From an uncultured Gammaproteobacteria bacterium (lineage in GTDB: Bacteria > Patescibacteriota > Microgenomatia > CAYQLK01): 64,000 nt of DNA. The stretch's first letter is position 1, and each line of letters starts with the position of its first letter. The position numbers were made by a program, and so were the translations under genes. Below, in pieces: positions 10,391 to 19,743 of the stretch. The stretch is from contig CAYOLO010000001.1 in assembly GCA_964404855.1 (NCBI GenBank), positions 30,245-94,244 of the forward strand, in the 5' to 3' direction. The notes beneath the pieces were generated by a model. The model was not told the DNA's origin and did no database searches. It was given only the letters and a program-made list of their open reading frames with translations.

Positions 10391-11334
10391 AAGGTTTGAC
10401 CAATTTCTTCAAAATTTTGATATTTTTGAGAATAAACTTGTCTGACTGCTCCGATTATACAGTAGCTTAACCAATTATTAGCTGTAAGATTACAAGTTTG
10501 GATGATTTTTTCTGCATTAGCTTTAGACTCGAATACAATGAAGTAGCCTAGACTTACAAAACATTCCTCTGCCACCCTGTTCAAAGTAATTCGCTCACAG
10601 TCGCTGATTATTTTTTTTATATCCCACGAATGCTTGTTGGCGTAAACATTAAAAACGTACCTAGAACAATTATTTTCATATTCAATCTCGATACCTGAAC
10701 ACCTTTTTATAAACTCCTCTTCGTGTCCTGTATATAGCTCTGGATGCTCTGAGTACTCCATAAAAACACCGTCGTAGCAATAACTTCTGTTTTCATTTTG
10801 AAATGCCTTGCAGTCGATCAATGATGATTCAAGATTATTATTGTTTGCACCAAAGAGACCATGACCAGACCCGTGAATACATCCGGATAAAAAATCGGGG
10901 TTTAATCTAAATGTTTCTGTGCAAACTTTTTCTATTTCTGGTATTACACTTTTACCGAGAGTTAGTATTGTGCTTTCAGTAATCCCATGAAAACAACCAT
11001 AACTAAATGTTGCGTCACATATTTTAAGACCATCAACGCCGAATTTTTTGAATGCAGAATTGCCGACAATGTGAGCAAACTGGTGAACATCATCAATTGT
11101 TTGGTTATCTTTTGTAAATTTGTTTTTTAGAAAAATCCAGGATTCTTGTGGGTCTTCCATTGCTGCTTTTGAAAAAGATTCAAGCTTTTGCTGATATGTT
11201 AAAGAATCAAAATTAGAAAGCGGATTAGTTTTTTGTGGGTTATTCCGAACTAAAAATAATCTTAATGCTGCAAAAATAAAGACACAAACAAGCAGAATAC
11301 AAATTAGTTTGATATTTTTACTCTTTCTGAACAT
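10315..11334 (-). CDS. Cys/His-rich helical-repeat protein, paralog 7
   Basis: VHQFAH, GCFHG, CIHGSGH, CYDGVFME. Confidence 0.8.
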   Translation of the reverse strand: MFRKSKNIKLICILLVCVFIFAALRLFLVRNNPQKTNPLSNFDSLTYQQKLESFSKAAMEDPQESWIFLKNKFTKDNQTIDDVHQFAHIVGNSAFKKFGVDGLKICDATFSYGCFHGITESTILTLGKSVIPEIEKVCTETFRLNPDFLSGCIHGSGHGLFGANNNNLESSLIDCKAFQNENRSYCYDGVFMEYSEHPELYTGHEEEFIKRCSGIEIEYENNCSRYVFNVYANKHSWDIKKIISDCERITLNRVAEECFVSLGYFIVFESKANAEKIIQTCNLTANNWLSYCIIGAVRQVYSQKYQNFEEIGQTLCQSIKSNKSAFQNCKKETQGLTNL

Positions 11335-12470
11335 ATTTTTTTATTTTCTTCACTTTCTACTACCTTGCATGCGTTCAAATGATCAGATATTGATAACCAT
11401 CTGGTAAAAACCCAAGATACCCTTTCAAAGCAATAGGGTTGATACTCACTCTGAAGGGTGGTACAAAAATCAACAGCTTGAATTAATGCAGCATTCTGTC
11501 CGCCAAATTTATCATCAAAAGCGCTTACGATACCTAAATAGCAAAATAGTTTCTGTTTGCTTGTTCCGTTAACTACATTACATATATCTTTTAATTGCAA
11601 AATGTTTTCAGCGTTTGGCATAACGCTACTTCCAATTGCGCCAAAACATTCGTCTTGAGCAGATTCTGGTATGTTCTGGCAAAATTTACTTGTCTCTGTC
11701 CAATTACCATGACCAATATGGTTATGATAAATCGTTAGAAAAATATAGCACTGCTCTTGGAAGTTTGTTGCAAGCTTATTACATGGGTATAACTTATCTG
11801 ATGTTGTTGGAAGATATTTAGAAGGTAAATCGGTGCTTGAACTTTGAGGAAAATTTTCCATGAATACTCCCCCGTAGCAAGTAGATTTTTGAATATTTAA
11901 TTCATCACAAAGTAGCAATGAGTCAAATAATTCGTAGTTTTTTGCAACCATAATTGCATGCCCAACACCATGAATACATTGTTCCAGAAAACCTTGTTGA
12001 TTTTTTTCGATAAAAATATCACAAGCGCTTTGCATTTTTTCTTTGAACTCCAAGCTCTCGGGGGATGAGGAGAGGCTACTGAGTAAGCCAATCACAACAC
12101 CATGATAGCAAGCATTAAAATATACAGGCGTACACTCAATAAATACTTCGGCCAGGTTTTGGCTTATAAAATATTTTTCCATTGATAAAAAATGTAAATA
12201 ATCATGAAACTGGTAAGGGGTATCTTTCGCTTGAATTATTTCCAATGCCTCAAGAATATCTGTAAAGGAATATTGACTTAAATCACTTATAGCCAGTTTT
12301 CTGGTACAGGAGTTTCTGGAAGATGACTCATTACACTCTGATATGTTTATTGGTAAAGAATCAACTAAGGCTAAGTTTTGATTATTCGCTTTGAACAAGT
12401 TTTTTAAAACAAAACACGAAAGAAAAAAAGTAGTTAACCAAAAAAAAATAAGTAATTGTTTTATTTTCAC
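11304..12470 (-). CDS. Cys/His-rich helical-repeat protein, paralog 8
   Basis: FHDYLH, ACYHG, CIHGVGH, CYGGVFME. Confidence 0.8.
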   Translation of the reverse strand: MKIKQLLIFFWLTTFFLSCFVLKNLFKANNQNLALVDSLPINISECNESSSRNSCTRKLAISDLSQYSFTDILEALEIIQAKDTPYQFHDYLHFLSMEKYFISQNLAEVFIECTPVYFNACYHGVVIGLLSSLSSSPESLEFKEKMQSACDIFIEKNQQGFLEQCIHGVGHAIMVAKNYELFDSLLLCDELNIQKSTCYGGVFMENFPQSSSTDLPSKYLPTTSDKLYPCNKLATNFQEQCYIFLTIYHNHIGHGNWTETSKFCQNIPESAQDECFGAIGSSVMPNAENILQLKDICNVVNGTSKQKLFCYLGIVSAFDDKFGGQNAALIQAVDFCTTLQSEYQPYCFERVSWVFTRWLSISDHLNACKVVESEENKKICSERVKISN

Positions 12471-12477
12471 TTGAACA

Positions 12478-12909
12478 TCAAAGACTTAAAAATCCTTTTG
12501 AATATTCAAATCCAAACAGAGACTTAAATGGCTTGTCGTCAGTTATATCAATTAACCTTTCACCTGTAGTGTCTTCAATTAGTTTGACTGTGTAATTTGA
12601 AATTTCTGGGTCAATTTTTTGAACTTGCGGTTTGATTGTTTTGATTTTTACATTTTTGTGATTTCCTTTTGTTAAAAAATCTGTTCCACCTAAAAATAAA
12701 CCGGTATTTCTATCTGATTTTGCGTGCTGAAATATAGAAGCAAATCCATTTCCTGGCATGTTAATAGAGTCTATAACTACCTCATCGGCAATAGCTTGTG
12801 AAGTTATTGAGATACTTAAATTCTTTGCTCTAAAATAGTCAATCCATACGAGGGCTGCAAAGATAGCGATTATTATTAATGGAATTAGGAAAACGAATAT
12901 TTTTTTCAT
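12478..12909 (-). CDS. Single-TM exported beta-rich protein (possibly DUF7282-like)
   Basis: N-terminal TM; VVIDSINMPGNGFASIF...LTKGNHKNVKI pattern; family assignment is from memory. Confidence 0.5.
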   Translation of the reverse strand: MKKIFVFLIPLIIIAIFAALVWIDYFRAKNLSISITSQAIADEVVIDSINMPGNGFASIFQHAKSDRNTGLFLGGTDFLTKGNHKNVKIKTIKPQVQKIDPEISNYTVKLIEDTTGERLIDITDDKPFKSLFGFEYSKGFLSL

Positions 12910-12924
12910 TAATTTAAGAGCATT

Positions 12925-13569
12925 GTGATGTATAATTTTACTATAAAAGTTATGAGAGCAAAAATTATTATCGTTATTGTTTTGACTGGGACTATTTTGG
13001 TTCTGGCATTTTTATTATTTAGACCAAGCGGCGATCAAAAGTCAAAAGAAAATTCTGCCTCAATTAAACCTAAGGCCTTAACAACAATAACGAGCGAAAC
13101 TAAAAAGCAAACTAATGAAGAATTTGGAATTAGGTTTGAATATCCCGCTAACTATGAACTAACTGAATCTATTGCAACCAGCCTGTATGGATCAACGGAG
13201 GCAGTTGCTTATACATTTATTGATACAACTAGGCCATATATTGCACCAGTTAAATTAAGTTTTTATAAAATTTTAGAAATAAAAACAATTGAAGAGTTAG
13301 TATCTATATTAAAAATTGATTTTCCTAATATTACTACTCAAACTTGTAAACCACAGAAACAAAATACCATTTGTGTCGCACTACTTACAAAAGAGGGTGA
13401 ACCCCAACCACCGTTTCATTTTATAAAACAGTATGATTTTGGACTGACTGCTACGACGATGGACTTTCCTGAAAAAGATACAGTTCTTTATGACGATTAT
13501 GATCAAAATGGTGTAAGCCTAGATGACCCACTAGCTAAAGTGTTTAGTACTTTAGAAAGGACGGAGTAG
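12925..13569 (+). CDS. Single-TM exported protein with PsbP-like FxFxYP motif (start probably 12952)
   Basis: TM then NEEFGIRFEYPANY, a motif common in CPR exported proteins. Confidence 0.55.
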   Translation: MMYNFTIKVMRAKIIIVIVLTGTILVLAFLLFRPSGDQKSKENSASIKPKALTTITSETKKQTNEEFGIRFEYPANYELTESIATSLYGSTEAVAYTFIDTTRPYIAPVKLSFYKILEIKTIEELVSILKIDFPNITTQTCKPQKQNTICVALLTKEGEPQPPFHFIKQYDFGLTATTMDFPEKDTVLYDDYDQNGVSLDDPLAKVFSTLERTE

Positions 13570-13590
13570 AAAAAAACTTCAAAGTAATTT

Positions 13591-14724
13591 ATGTATAAAC
13601 TTGTTTTTATTTTGACAAGTCTGGGAGTTGTTGTAATTAGCTATATCTTGATTTTTTTGTTTATTCATAATTACATAAAATCGACAGCATTACTGCTTGA
13701 AATTTTCCCATTAATTGAACCAAGACCGTTATCGGTTCTTGAAAAAGAGCCTATTAAGAAGGAAGTGGAAATAATTTCAGGAAAAAATATTTTAAAAACC
13801 GATATTTGGATACCTGGAGATTTAGATGACAAAAAAAAATATCCTGCAATAATTTTATCGGCAGGTGTTAATTTACCAAAAGACGATCATAGAATTCTTG
13901 CAACCATTAAGGGTTTGGCAAAAAGTGGTTTTGTTGTAGTAGTGTCAGATGTTCCGGAACTGCTTGCGTCAAGATACCTAAGTAGTACGATTAACGATTT
14001 TGTAAATATTTTTCAATTTGTTGAAGAGCAGCCATATGTTGAAAAAACAAAGGTTGGCTTCGCTGGATTTTGCTTAGGATCATCATTCGCATTACTGGCA
14101 TCTAGCGAAGAAGAAATTAGAGATAGGGTTTCATATATTCTTGTTAATGATGTTTTGTATGATATGTATAAATTTACAAGAGACGCTGTTACCGAGAAAA
14201 TTAACGACAACGAACCGGTTATTGATTGGTACGCGGAGGACGAAACAAGAGAGATACTTTACCGAGAATATTCTGACTATATTATTGATGACAAGGAGGG
14301 ATATTTGATTTTTCAAACGCTTTTTAAGCGAGAAAGATTAACCGAGGAACAGTACAAAAATTTATCAAATGATGGTAAAGTTTTTTATGACTTTTTATCC
14401 AATACCGACCCAAACAAATCGCCTGAGTTATTTGCCAGACTCCCAGAAGAAGCAAAAAAAATTATTGATAATATGTCCCCAAAAACAAAAATTCGTGATG
14501 TGAAAGCCAAATTGTTTGTGACTTCAGGCAGAAATGTATTTTTGCCAGCAAGCCAAGCAAAAGATTTAGTTAACGACCTTCCGAAGGATCAAGTTTCTTA
14601 TACGAGCTTGGAGTTTTTTCAACACGACAAGACGGTAAAATCTGAAAATGCTTTTGAAAATATAATTCAAGCCATGTTTGCAATAAAACATTTAAAAAAT
14701 GTTTTTGATTTTGTTCAGCACTAA
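13591..14724 (+). CDS. Membrane-anchored alpha/beta hydrolase with Cys nucleophile (dienelactone-hydrolase-like elbow)
   Basis: YPAIILSAG, LAKSGFVVV, GFAGFCLGS (GxCxG), C-terminal FFQH. Confidence 0.75.
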   Translation: MYKLVFILTSLGVVVISYILIFLFIHNYIKSTALLLEIFPLIEPRPLSVLEKEPIKKEVEIISGKNILKTDIWIPGDLDDKKKYPAIILSAGVNLPKDDHRILATIKGLAKSGFVVVVSDVPELLASRYLSSTINDFVNIFQFVEEQPYVEKTKVGFAGFCLGSSFALLASSEEEIRDRVSYILVNDVLYDMYKFTRDAVTEKINDNEPVIDWYAEDETREILYREYSDYIIDDKEGYLIFQTLFKRERLTEEQYKNLSNDGKVFYDFLSNTDPNKSPELFARLPEEAKKIIDNMSPKTKIRDVKAKLFVTSGRNVFLPASQAKDLVNDLPKDQVSYTSLEFFQHDKTVKSENAFENIIQAMFAIKHLKNVFDFVQH

Positions 14725-14730
14725 GAATAT

Positions 14731-15582
14731 TTATTTCGAAATATAAATCATCCCGATTCCCATTCCGTCTATTTCACTATTTGATTGGTTATCATATTCT
14801 GCATAGAAATCAATTAAGTCACCTTTTCTCACTATTTGTTGATTTTTTTTGTAAGTAAAATAAGGAATTTTTTGAATATTTGTAAAATCGGGACTCGGTG
14901 ATATTTTGTAGCTAGCGTCTCCAATTTTTATTGTGATTTCTTTGCCGTAATTGTGCAAATGTCCACCAATATAGACAACCTTGCCGTTGTCGGGAGCATA
15001 AACCTTAGGGTCGATTGTTAAAGTTTGTTTGGTTTTAGCTGGAATATAAAAAGTGGGATCGTTCGTACAGTTTTTGACATCAACCCAGATTGGCTGTACA
15101 GGAATTAGTTGTGAAAAAAAGTTTTTTGGCTTGGTTTTGAATGTAAACCGAATTTTAATATCGTCTAGTTTTTTTGGTGTGGGATTAATTAAATGATTAA
15201 TTACCGCAATACCATCTGTACGATTAATCGGATAGCCATACCCTTTAGGTAAAACTAGTGGACTTATCTCTTTGCCGTTTGCGTGAATTCTTTCTTTAAA
15301 AACATTGGGGCATGTGTAATCTGGTTTGCTTAGATTCTCTAAAATCACATGATGGATAGTTTCTCTCTCAGCACCCACGACCTCATAATCAATATTGGTA
15401 ATCCAAAATGATTGTTTGGGAAAAAACTTAATAAAATCATACTTTCCAATATAGTCGTTTTCGGCAATAGTATAGCTATGGCTAGTAAGAACAATTGTTT
15501 GAGGTGAGGTAAACTTTGTAAAAATAAAACAAAGTACTAAAATCGTAATCCAAATATAAATTTTTTTCATAAATCGAGACAA
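14731..15582 (-). CDS. Copper type II monooxygenase (PHM/DbM)-fold, SURNod19-like protein
   Basis: IHHVIL, INHLIN, GGHLHNYG, IDGMG give the HH+H and HxH+M ligand order; N-terminal TM/signal. Confidence 0.7.
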   Translation of the reverse strand: MSRFMKKIYIWITILVLCFIFTKFTSPQTIVLTSHSYTIAENDYIGKYDFIKFFPKQSFWITNIDYEVVGAERETIHHVILENLSKPDYTCPNVFKERIHANGKEISPLVLPKGYGYPINRTDGIAVINHLINPTPKKLDDIKIRFTFKTKPKNFFSQLIPVQPIWVDVKNCTNDPTFYIPAKTKQTLTIDPKVYAPDNGKVVYIGGHLHNYGKEITIKIGDASYKISPSPDFTNIQKIPYFTYKKNQQIVRKGDLIDFYAEYDNQSNSEIDGMGIGMIYISK

Positions 15583-15587
15583 TTTTA

Positions 15588-16574
15588 GTGTATGATATTA
15601 GTGTCAATTTAGCTATGAGAATAACACATCACAGACAACTATTTTTTTTGATTAGTATTGCATTTATTACTATCGTAATTTTAATTTTTCAAAAAAATCA
15701 TTCAAATGATTTGAGTAGAAAAAATGTTTTTGAATTTTTTACAGACCCAATTGAAATTAAGGCAAACTCAAAACCAGTTGATTTAATGAAAGGCGTTGAG
15801 ACGAACCTTTATTCAAATGGAGAGTTTGTAGTGCCAATGGATGGATATATAAAATCATATAATCCAGAGGCTGTAAATGCGCCAAAAGAATCAATGAGAT
15901 ACACCTACGCATTTAAGGTTGGAGAAAAAGATCCAGTGTGCAACAAAAAAGATGAATTGGCGCATGTGGTATCTATTGAATATAACGAAATGCACTACTA
16001 CTCAAAATTTGGTTATGGTTACAAAGTTAACAAGGGAGACAAAATACATTTTAGTTCTGCGTTTGCTAATTTTTCGAATATCGATCTGAAAAATGTCCAT
16101 ACAAAATTTAGAATCGAAATGGCTGAAATGAGCGAAAATTTAATTCCTGTCACGCCTGTTTATCTAAATGCCGTACCTTGCACTTCAATGTTTTTTGTTC
16201 CTGCAAAAACTAAGGACTATGTCAAATCAATGGAGATTCCATATGAAGTACCGTTTGATAGTAAATTAATGATGGCAGGATCACACGGACACAACTACAC
16301 TGACACAATATCTTTAATTAAAAATGGCAAACCAATTTGGACTACTGGACCTTTGCTAACAGACAATGGAATGAACGCAGGCAACCCAATTTATCTAAAT
16401 GTAGGCGGAATTGGATATGCCAACGATGGAGTAAGGTTTAAAAAAGGAGACAAATTATCAGTATCAATAAAAATGACCAATCCAAAAGATACACAAATTG
16501 ACGGAATGGGCACAATGTTAATTTTTCTAATTCCTGATTCTGGAGATCAGATTTTTCCCAATGCTGCTCACTGA
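15588..16574 (+). CDS. PHM/SURNod19-like paralog retaining only the CuM-type site
   Basis: Aligns by eye with its neighbours (GYGY, PVYLN..C, GSHGHNY, IDGMG) but HH is replaced by RY and the third His by Ala. Confidence 0.65.
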   Translation: MYDISVNLAMRITHHRQLFFLISIAFITIVILIFQKNHSNDLSRKNVFEFFTDPIEIKANSKPVDLMKGVETNLYSNGEFVVPMDGYIKSYNPEAVNAPKESMRYTYAFKVGEKDPVCNKKDELAHVVSIEYNEMHYYSKFGYGYKVNKGDKIHFSSAFANFSNIDLKNVHTKFRIEMAEMSENLIPVTPVYLNAVPCTSMFFVPAKTKDYVKSMEIPYEVPFDSKLMMAGSHGHNYTDTISLIKNGKPIWTTGPLLTDNGMNAGNPIYLNVGGIGYANDGVRFKKGDKLSVSIKMTNPKDTQIDGMGTMLIFLIPDSGDQIFPNAAH

Positions 16575-17500
16575 TAATTTAAATAAATGATTGATGATGC
16601 CATAGCATCGATTTCTTTATCAAGCGGATTTTCATAAAGTCCTTCTATTTCAATTTTTTGCCCACCATATACTTTGAAATTTTGATTATCAATATCACTA
16701 AAGAAATTTATTTTTTTGATTACCCCATCCTCAGATTCGGGAATATAGTTTATTTCCACGTCACCAACTTTGAGTTTTAGATTTTTGCCATAGTTGTGAA
16801 GATGTCCCCATGCATATAATAATCTTGCGCTGGTCGGGACTGTGTCTGGATAAGTTAATGTTAATGTCTCGGACGTTTTTGGCGGAATAAAGACGCTGGT
16901 GTCCCATTCGCATTTTTTCACATCAACCCAGATTGGGTGAGCAAATCGCAGCCTTCTAATGAAAGACTCTGGCTGAAAATGAATCTTAGCTTTAATTTTT
17001 ATATTTTTGTACTCTTCTTTTGTTGTGTTATATAAGTGAATATAAGTTCCTAATTGTTCTTTTTGTTTCATATAATAACCGAAGCCAGCGGGTAGATATA
17101 AAGGAGTAAACTCTTTAGCGGTGGCATGTAGCCTGTCGGGGAAAAAGTTGGGGCATGCTCTATCTCGTCTAGAGTTGTTAACTAAAATTGCATGATGGAC
17201 TCTTTCTTTGGGCGCTCCAGTTATTTCGAACTCCACCCCTGTTATCCATCCATTACTAGGAATTGAATGTTTTTTAAAATTATAGATTCCATACTCGTTC
17301 CCAGACTCAAGAACTAGAGAATCGCTTTCCACTTCAAATATTTTGTCCTTAAAAAAATATAAAGATGAGAAAGAAATAATAAAAAATATAAACCAGAGAA
17401 ATACAATTTTTTTATGTAAGAACATGCGTTGTACTATTGTATAATATCTATATTCGATTACCAATGATTCGGGCATTATTTTTGGGTATATTTTTTTCAT
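16568..17500 (-). CDS. PHM/SURNod19-like copper monooxygenase-fold protein (start probably 17425)
   Basis: VHHAIL, YIHLYN, WGHLHNYG, IDAMA. Confidence 0.7.
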   Translation of the reverse strand: MKKIYPKIMPESLVIEYRYYTIVQRMFLHKKIVFLWFIFFIISFSSLYFFKDKIFEVESDSLVLESGNEYGIYNFKKHSIPSNGWITGVEFEITGAPKERVHHAILVNNSRRDRACPNFFPDRLHATAKEFTPLYLPAGFGYYMKQKEQLGTYIHLYNTTKEEYKNIKIKAKIHFQPESFIRRLRFAHPIWVDVKKCEWDTSVFIPPKTSETLTLTYPDTVPTSARLLYAWGHLHNYGKNLKLKVGDVEINYIPESEDGVIKKINFFSDIDNQNFKVYGGQKIEIEGLYENPLDKEIDAMASSIIYLNYQ

Positions 17501-18636
17501 TTTTAATTTCGTTTTTAGTAGGTTTTGGCCTTGTAAAATTAGGTGTAAGTTTTGCTAGTAATAATATTGAAGACAAAGAGCTTGCCTTGTTTATGAAGAC
17601 TTGTATAAATGATAAGGACAAAGACCATTGTTATGACAAGGTAGCTGAACAATTAGCAAATAAATTTACTTTTGATCAAATTAAGACTTTTATGGTTAAA
17701 AATCTCACAGCTCAGGAGCTGGATAATTGTCACACAATTTCGCACAATATTGGGAAAGAAGTCTATAAAAAAACCGGTGATTATTTAATTACTTTTACAG
17801 GATCTAACTTGGAATTATGTATTTATGGGTTTTCACATGGAGCACTAATGCAGTATTTCAAAACCACAGGTTTTGAGGATGCAGGCGATAAAGAAAAAAT
17901 TAAAAAAATATTTATTACTGTTTGCCAAAAAGGTGAAACAATAAAAGAAGTGAGTCAACATGTGGAGTGTGTTCATGGATTGGGACATATTGCGATGATA
18001 CTTTCAAACAATTCATTGAAAGACTCACTAGAAATTTGCGATCTTTACGATAACGATGTTTATAGCAAAATGTGTTATGGGGGAACTTTTATGGAAAATT
18101 TTATGAATACCTCGGCAGGCTCTAGAAACCGACTAGTCGAGGGAGAAAATTTTGACAAGCCTTGTAGCGTTATAGATTCGAAGTACTGGGATTTATGCTA
18201 CTACTGGAAAGGTGCATTCTTTTTTGTGACATCTAAAGGTAATTTTACTAATGCGGTTAGTTTGTGTTTGAATGTTCGAAAGGATTATGAGAAGGAGTGT
18301 TTAAAAAGAATGTCGAGGGTTTATACACAAGCAAATACAGGAAAACTAAAGGAAATATATTCTAATTGTCAAAAATTAATGTTTAATAATGGTATTGAAA
18401 GCTGTATTACTGGAGCAGTCGAATCAATAATCGGCGATGTTGGAGACAAAAAATATTTACGCGATTTTTGCAATATGACAGGAGATAAAATTGATATTTG
18501 TTACGGAGTATTTATGAAAGCAATTGAAGAATGGGGATCAGATACAAAAGAAGAGCTGGAAAAAGAGTGTAACTTTTTATTGGACCTGAACTACAAAAAT
18601 AGATGCATGACTAATTTAGGAAAAAAATTCCTTTAA
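17437..18636 (+). CDS. Cys/His-rich helical-repeat protein, paralog 9 (start probably 17464)
   Basis: CHTISH, CIYGFSHG, CVHGLGH, CYGGTFME. Confidence 0.8.
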   Translation: MYNIYIRLPMIRALFLGIFFSFLISFLVGFGLVKLGVSFASNNIEDKELALFMKTCINDKDKDHCYDKVAEQLANKFTFDQIKTFMVKNLTAQELDNCHTISHNIGKEVYKKTGDYLITFTGSNLELCIYGFSHGALMQYFKTTGFEDAGDKEKIKKIFITVCQKGETIKEVSQHVECVHGLGHIAMILSNNSLKDSLEICDLYDNDVYSKMCYGGTFMENFMNTSAGSRNRLVEGENFDKPCSVIDSKYWDLCYYWKGAFFFVTSKGNFTNAVSLCLNVRKDYEKECLKRMSRVYTQANTGKLKEIYSNCQKLMFNNGIESCITGAVESIIGDVGDKKYLRDFCNMTGDKIDICYGVFMKAIEEWGSDTKEELEKECNFLLDLNYKNRCMTNLGKKFL

Positions 18637-18709
18637 AGTAGGGTGATTTTGGTATTCTATCAACAAACTGACAATACTATAGATAATCATCAACAAATAG
18701 TAAATTAAA

Positions 18710-19741
18710 ATGGGAGGTAAAAAAACAAATAAAAAAAATGCAATTGTTTTAGAAACGCAAGAATATGTCAAATTAAAAAACTCAATTGAACAAGAAGGAA
18801 TATTAAATAGATCATATTTTTATTACTCATTACTTGCCTGTTGTGACTTATTAATATTTGCGCTTTCAATTATTGCTGTTTTTATCTCAACTAATATTTG
18901 GTTAATTGTAATATTTTCAGCAATGGTTGGTTTTTTTGCGGTCAGAATGGGTGGACTTATGCATGACGCTGGACATCAAGCTATTTTTAGGAGTGAAAAA
19001 AATAATGATATTGCAGGATATATATTTGGAACATTAGCAACGATTGCTTTTGCTGGATGGAAATCTTCACATAGTGCCCACCATGCGAACCCCAATCAAG
19101 AGGATGAAGACCCAAATGTTGAATTACCAATTTTGTCGTTTAATGTTGAAAGGTATCAATCAAAAAAGGGGTTGTCCAAACTGCTTAGAAAATATCAAAT
19201 GTATTTGTATTACCCACTTCTTATTAGTGTTGGTTTTGGTATGAGAATTGCGGATATTTTTTATTTTAAAAGCTCATTTAAACTACCAAAGCTTTGGCAG
19301 TTGGAGATTTTTTTAATTGCATTTTTCTGTATATATTTCTTACCTTTTTTAGTCTTTCCTTTTACTAAAGCTGTAGTAGTTGTGATTGTTTCAAATATTG
19401 TTACCGGAATTTATTTTTCTACAATATTTGCCCCAAACCATAAAGGTATGTATGAGCCCAAAAAAGGCGAGCGCTTGTCTTTTATTAAACATCAAATTAT
19501 TACTTCGAGAAATATAAATTCGAACCCAATAACTGATTATGTTTTTATGGGATTAAATTACCAGATTGAACACCATCTATTCCCAATGTGTCCGAGGAAT
19601 AAATTAAAATACATTACTCCACATGTTGCGAAGGTTTGCGATAATCAAAAATTGGAATTTACTAAAGTTTCTTTTATTAGATCTAATTTAATTATTCTTG
19701 AATCACTAAAAACAGTTGTCACTAAGGCAAGTACTATTTAA
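18710..19741 (+). CDS. Membrane fatty acid desaturase, front-end (delta-6-like) type
   Basis: His boxes HDAGH, HSAHH, QIEHHLFP; multiple TM segments. Confidence 0.9.
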   Translation: MGGKKTNKKNAIVLETQEYVKLKNSIEQEGILNRSYFYYSLLACCDLLIFALSIIAVFISTNIWLIVIFSAMVGFFAVRMGGLMHDAGHQAIFRSEKNNDIAGYIFGTLATIAFAGWKSSHSAHHANPNQEDEDPNVELPILSFNVERYQSKKGLSKLLRKYQMYLYYPLLISVGFGMRIADIFYFKSSFKLPKLWQLEIFLIAFFCIYFLPFLVFPFTKAVVVVIVSNIVTGIYFSTIFAPNHKGMYEPKKGERLSFIKHQIITSRNINSNPITDYVFMGLNYQIEHHLFPMCPRNKLKYITPHVAKVCDNQKLEFTKVSFIRSNLIILESLKTVVTKASTI

Positions 19742-19743
19742 GA

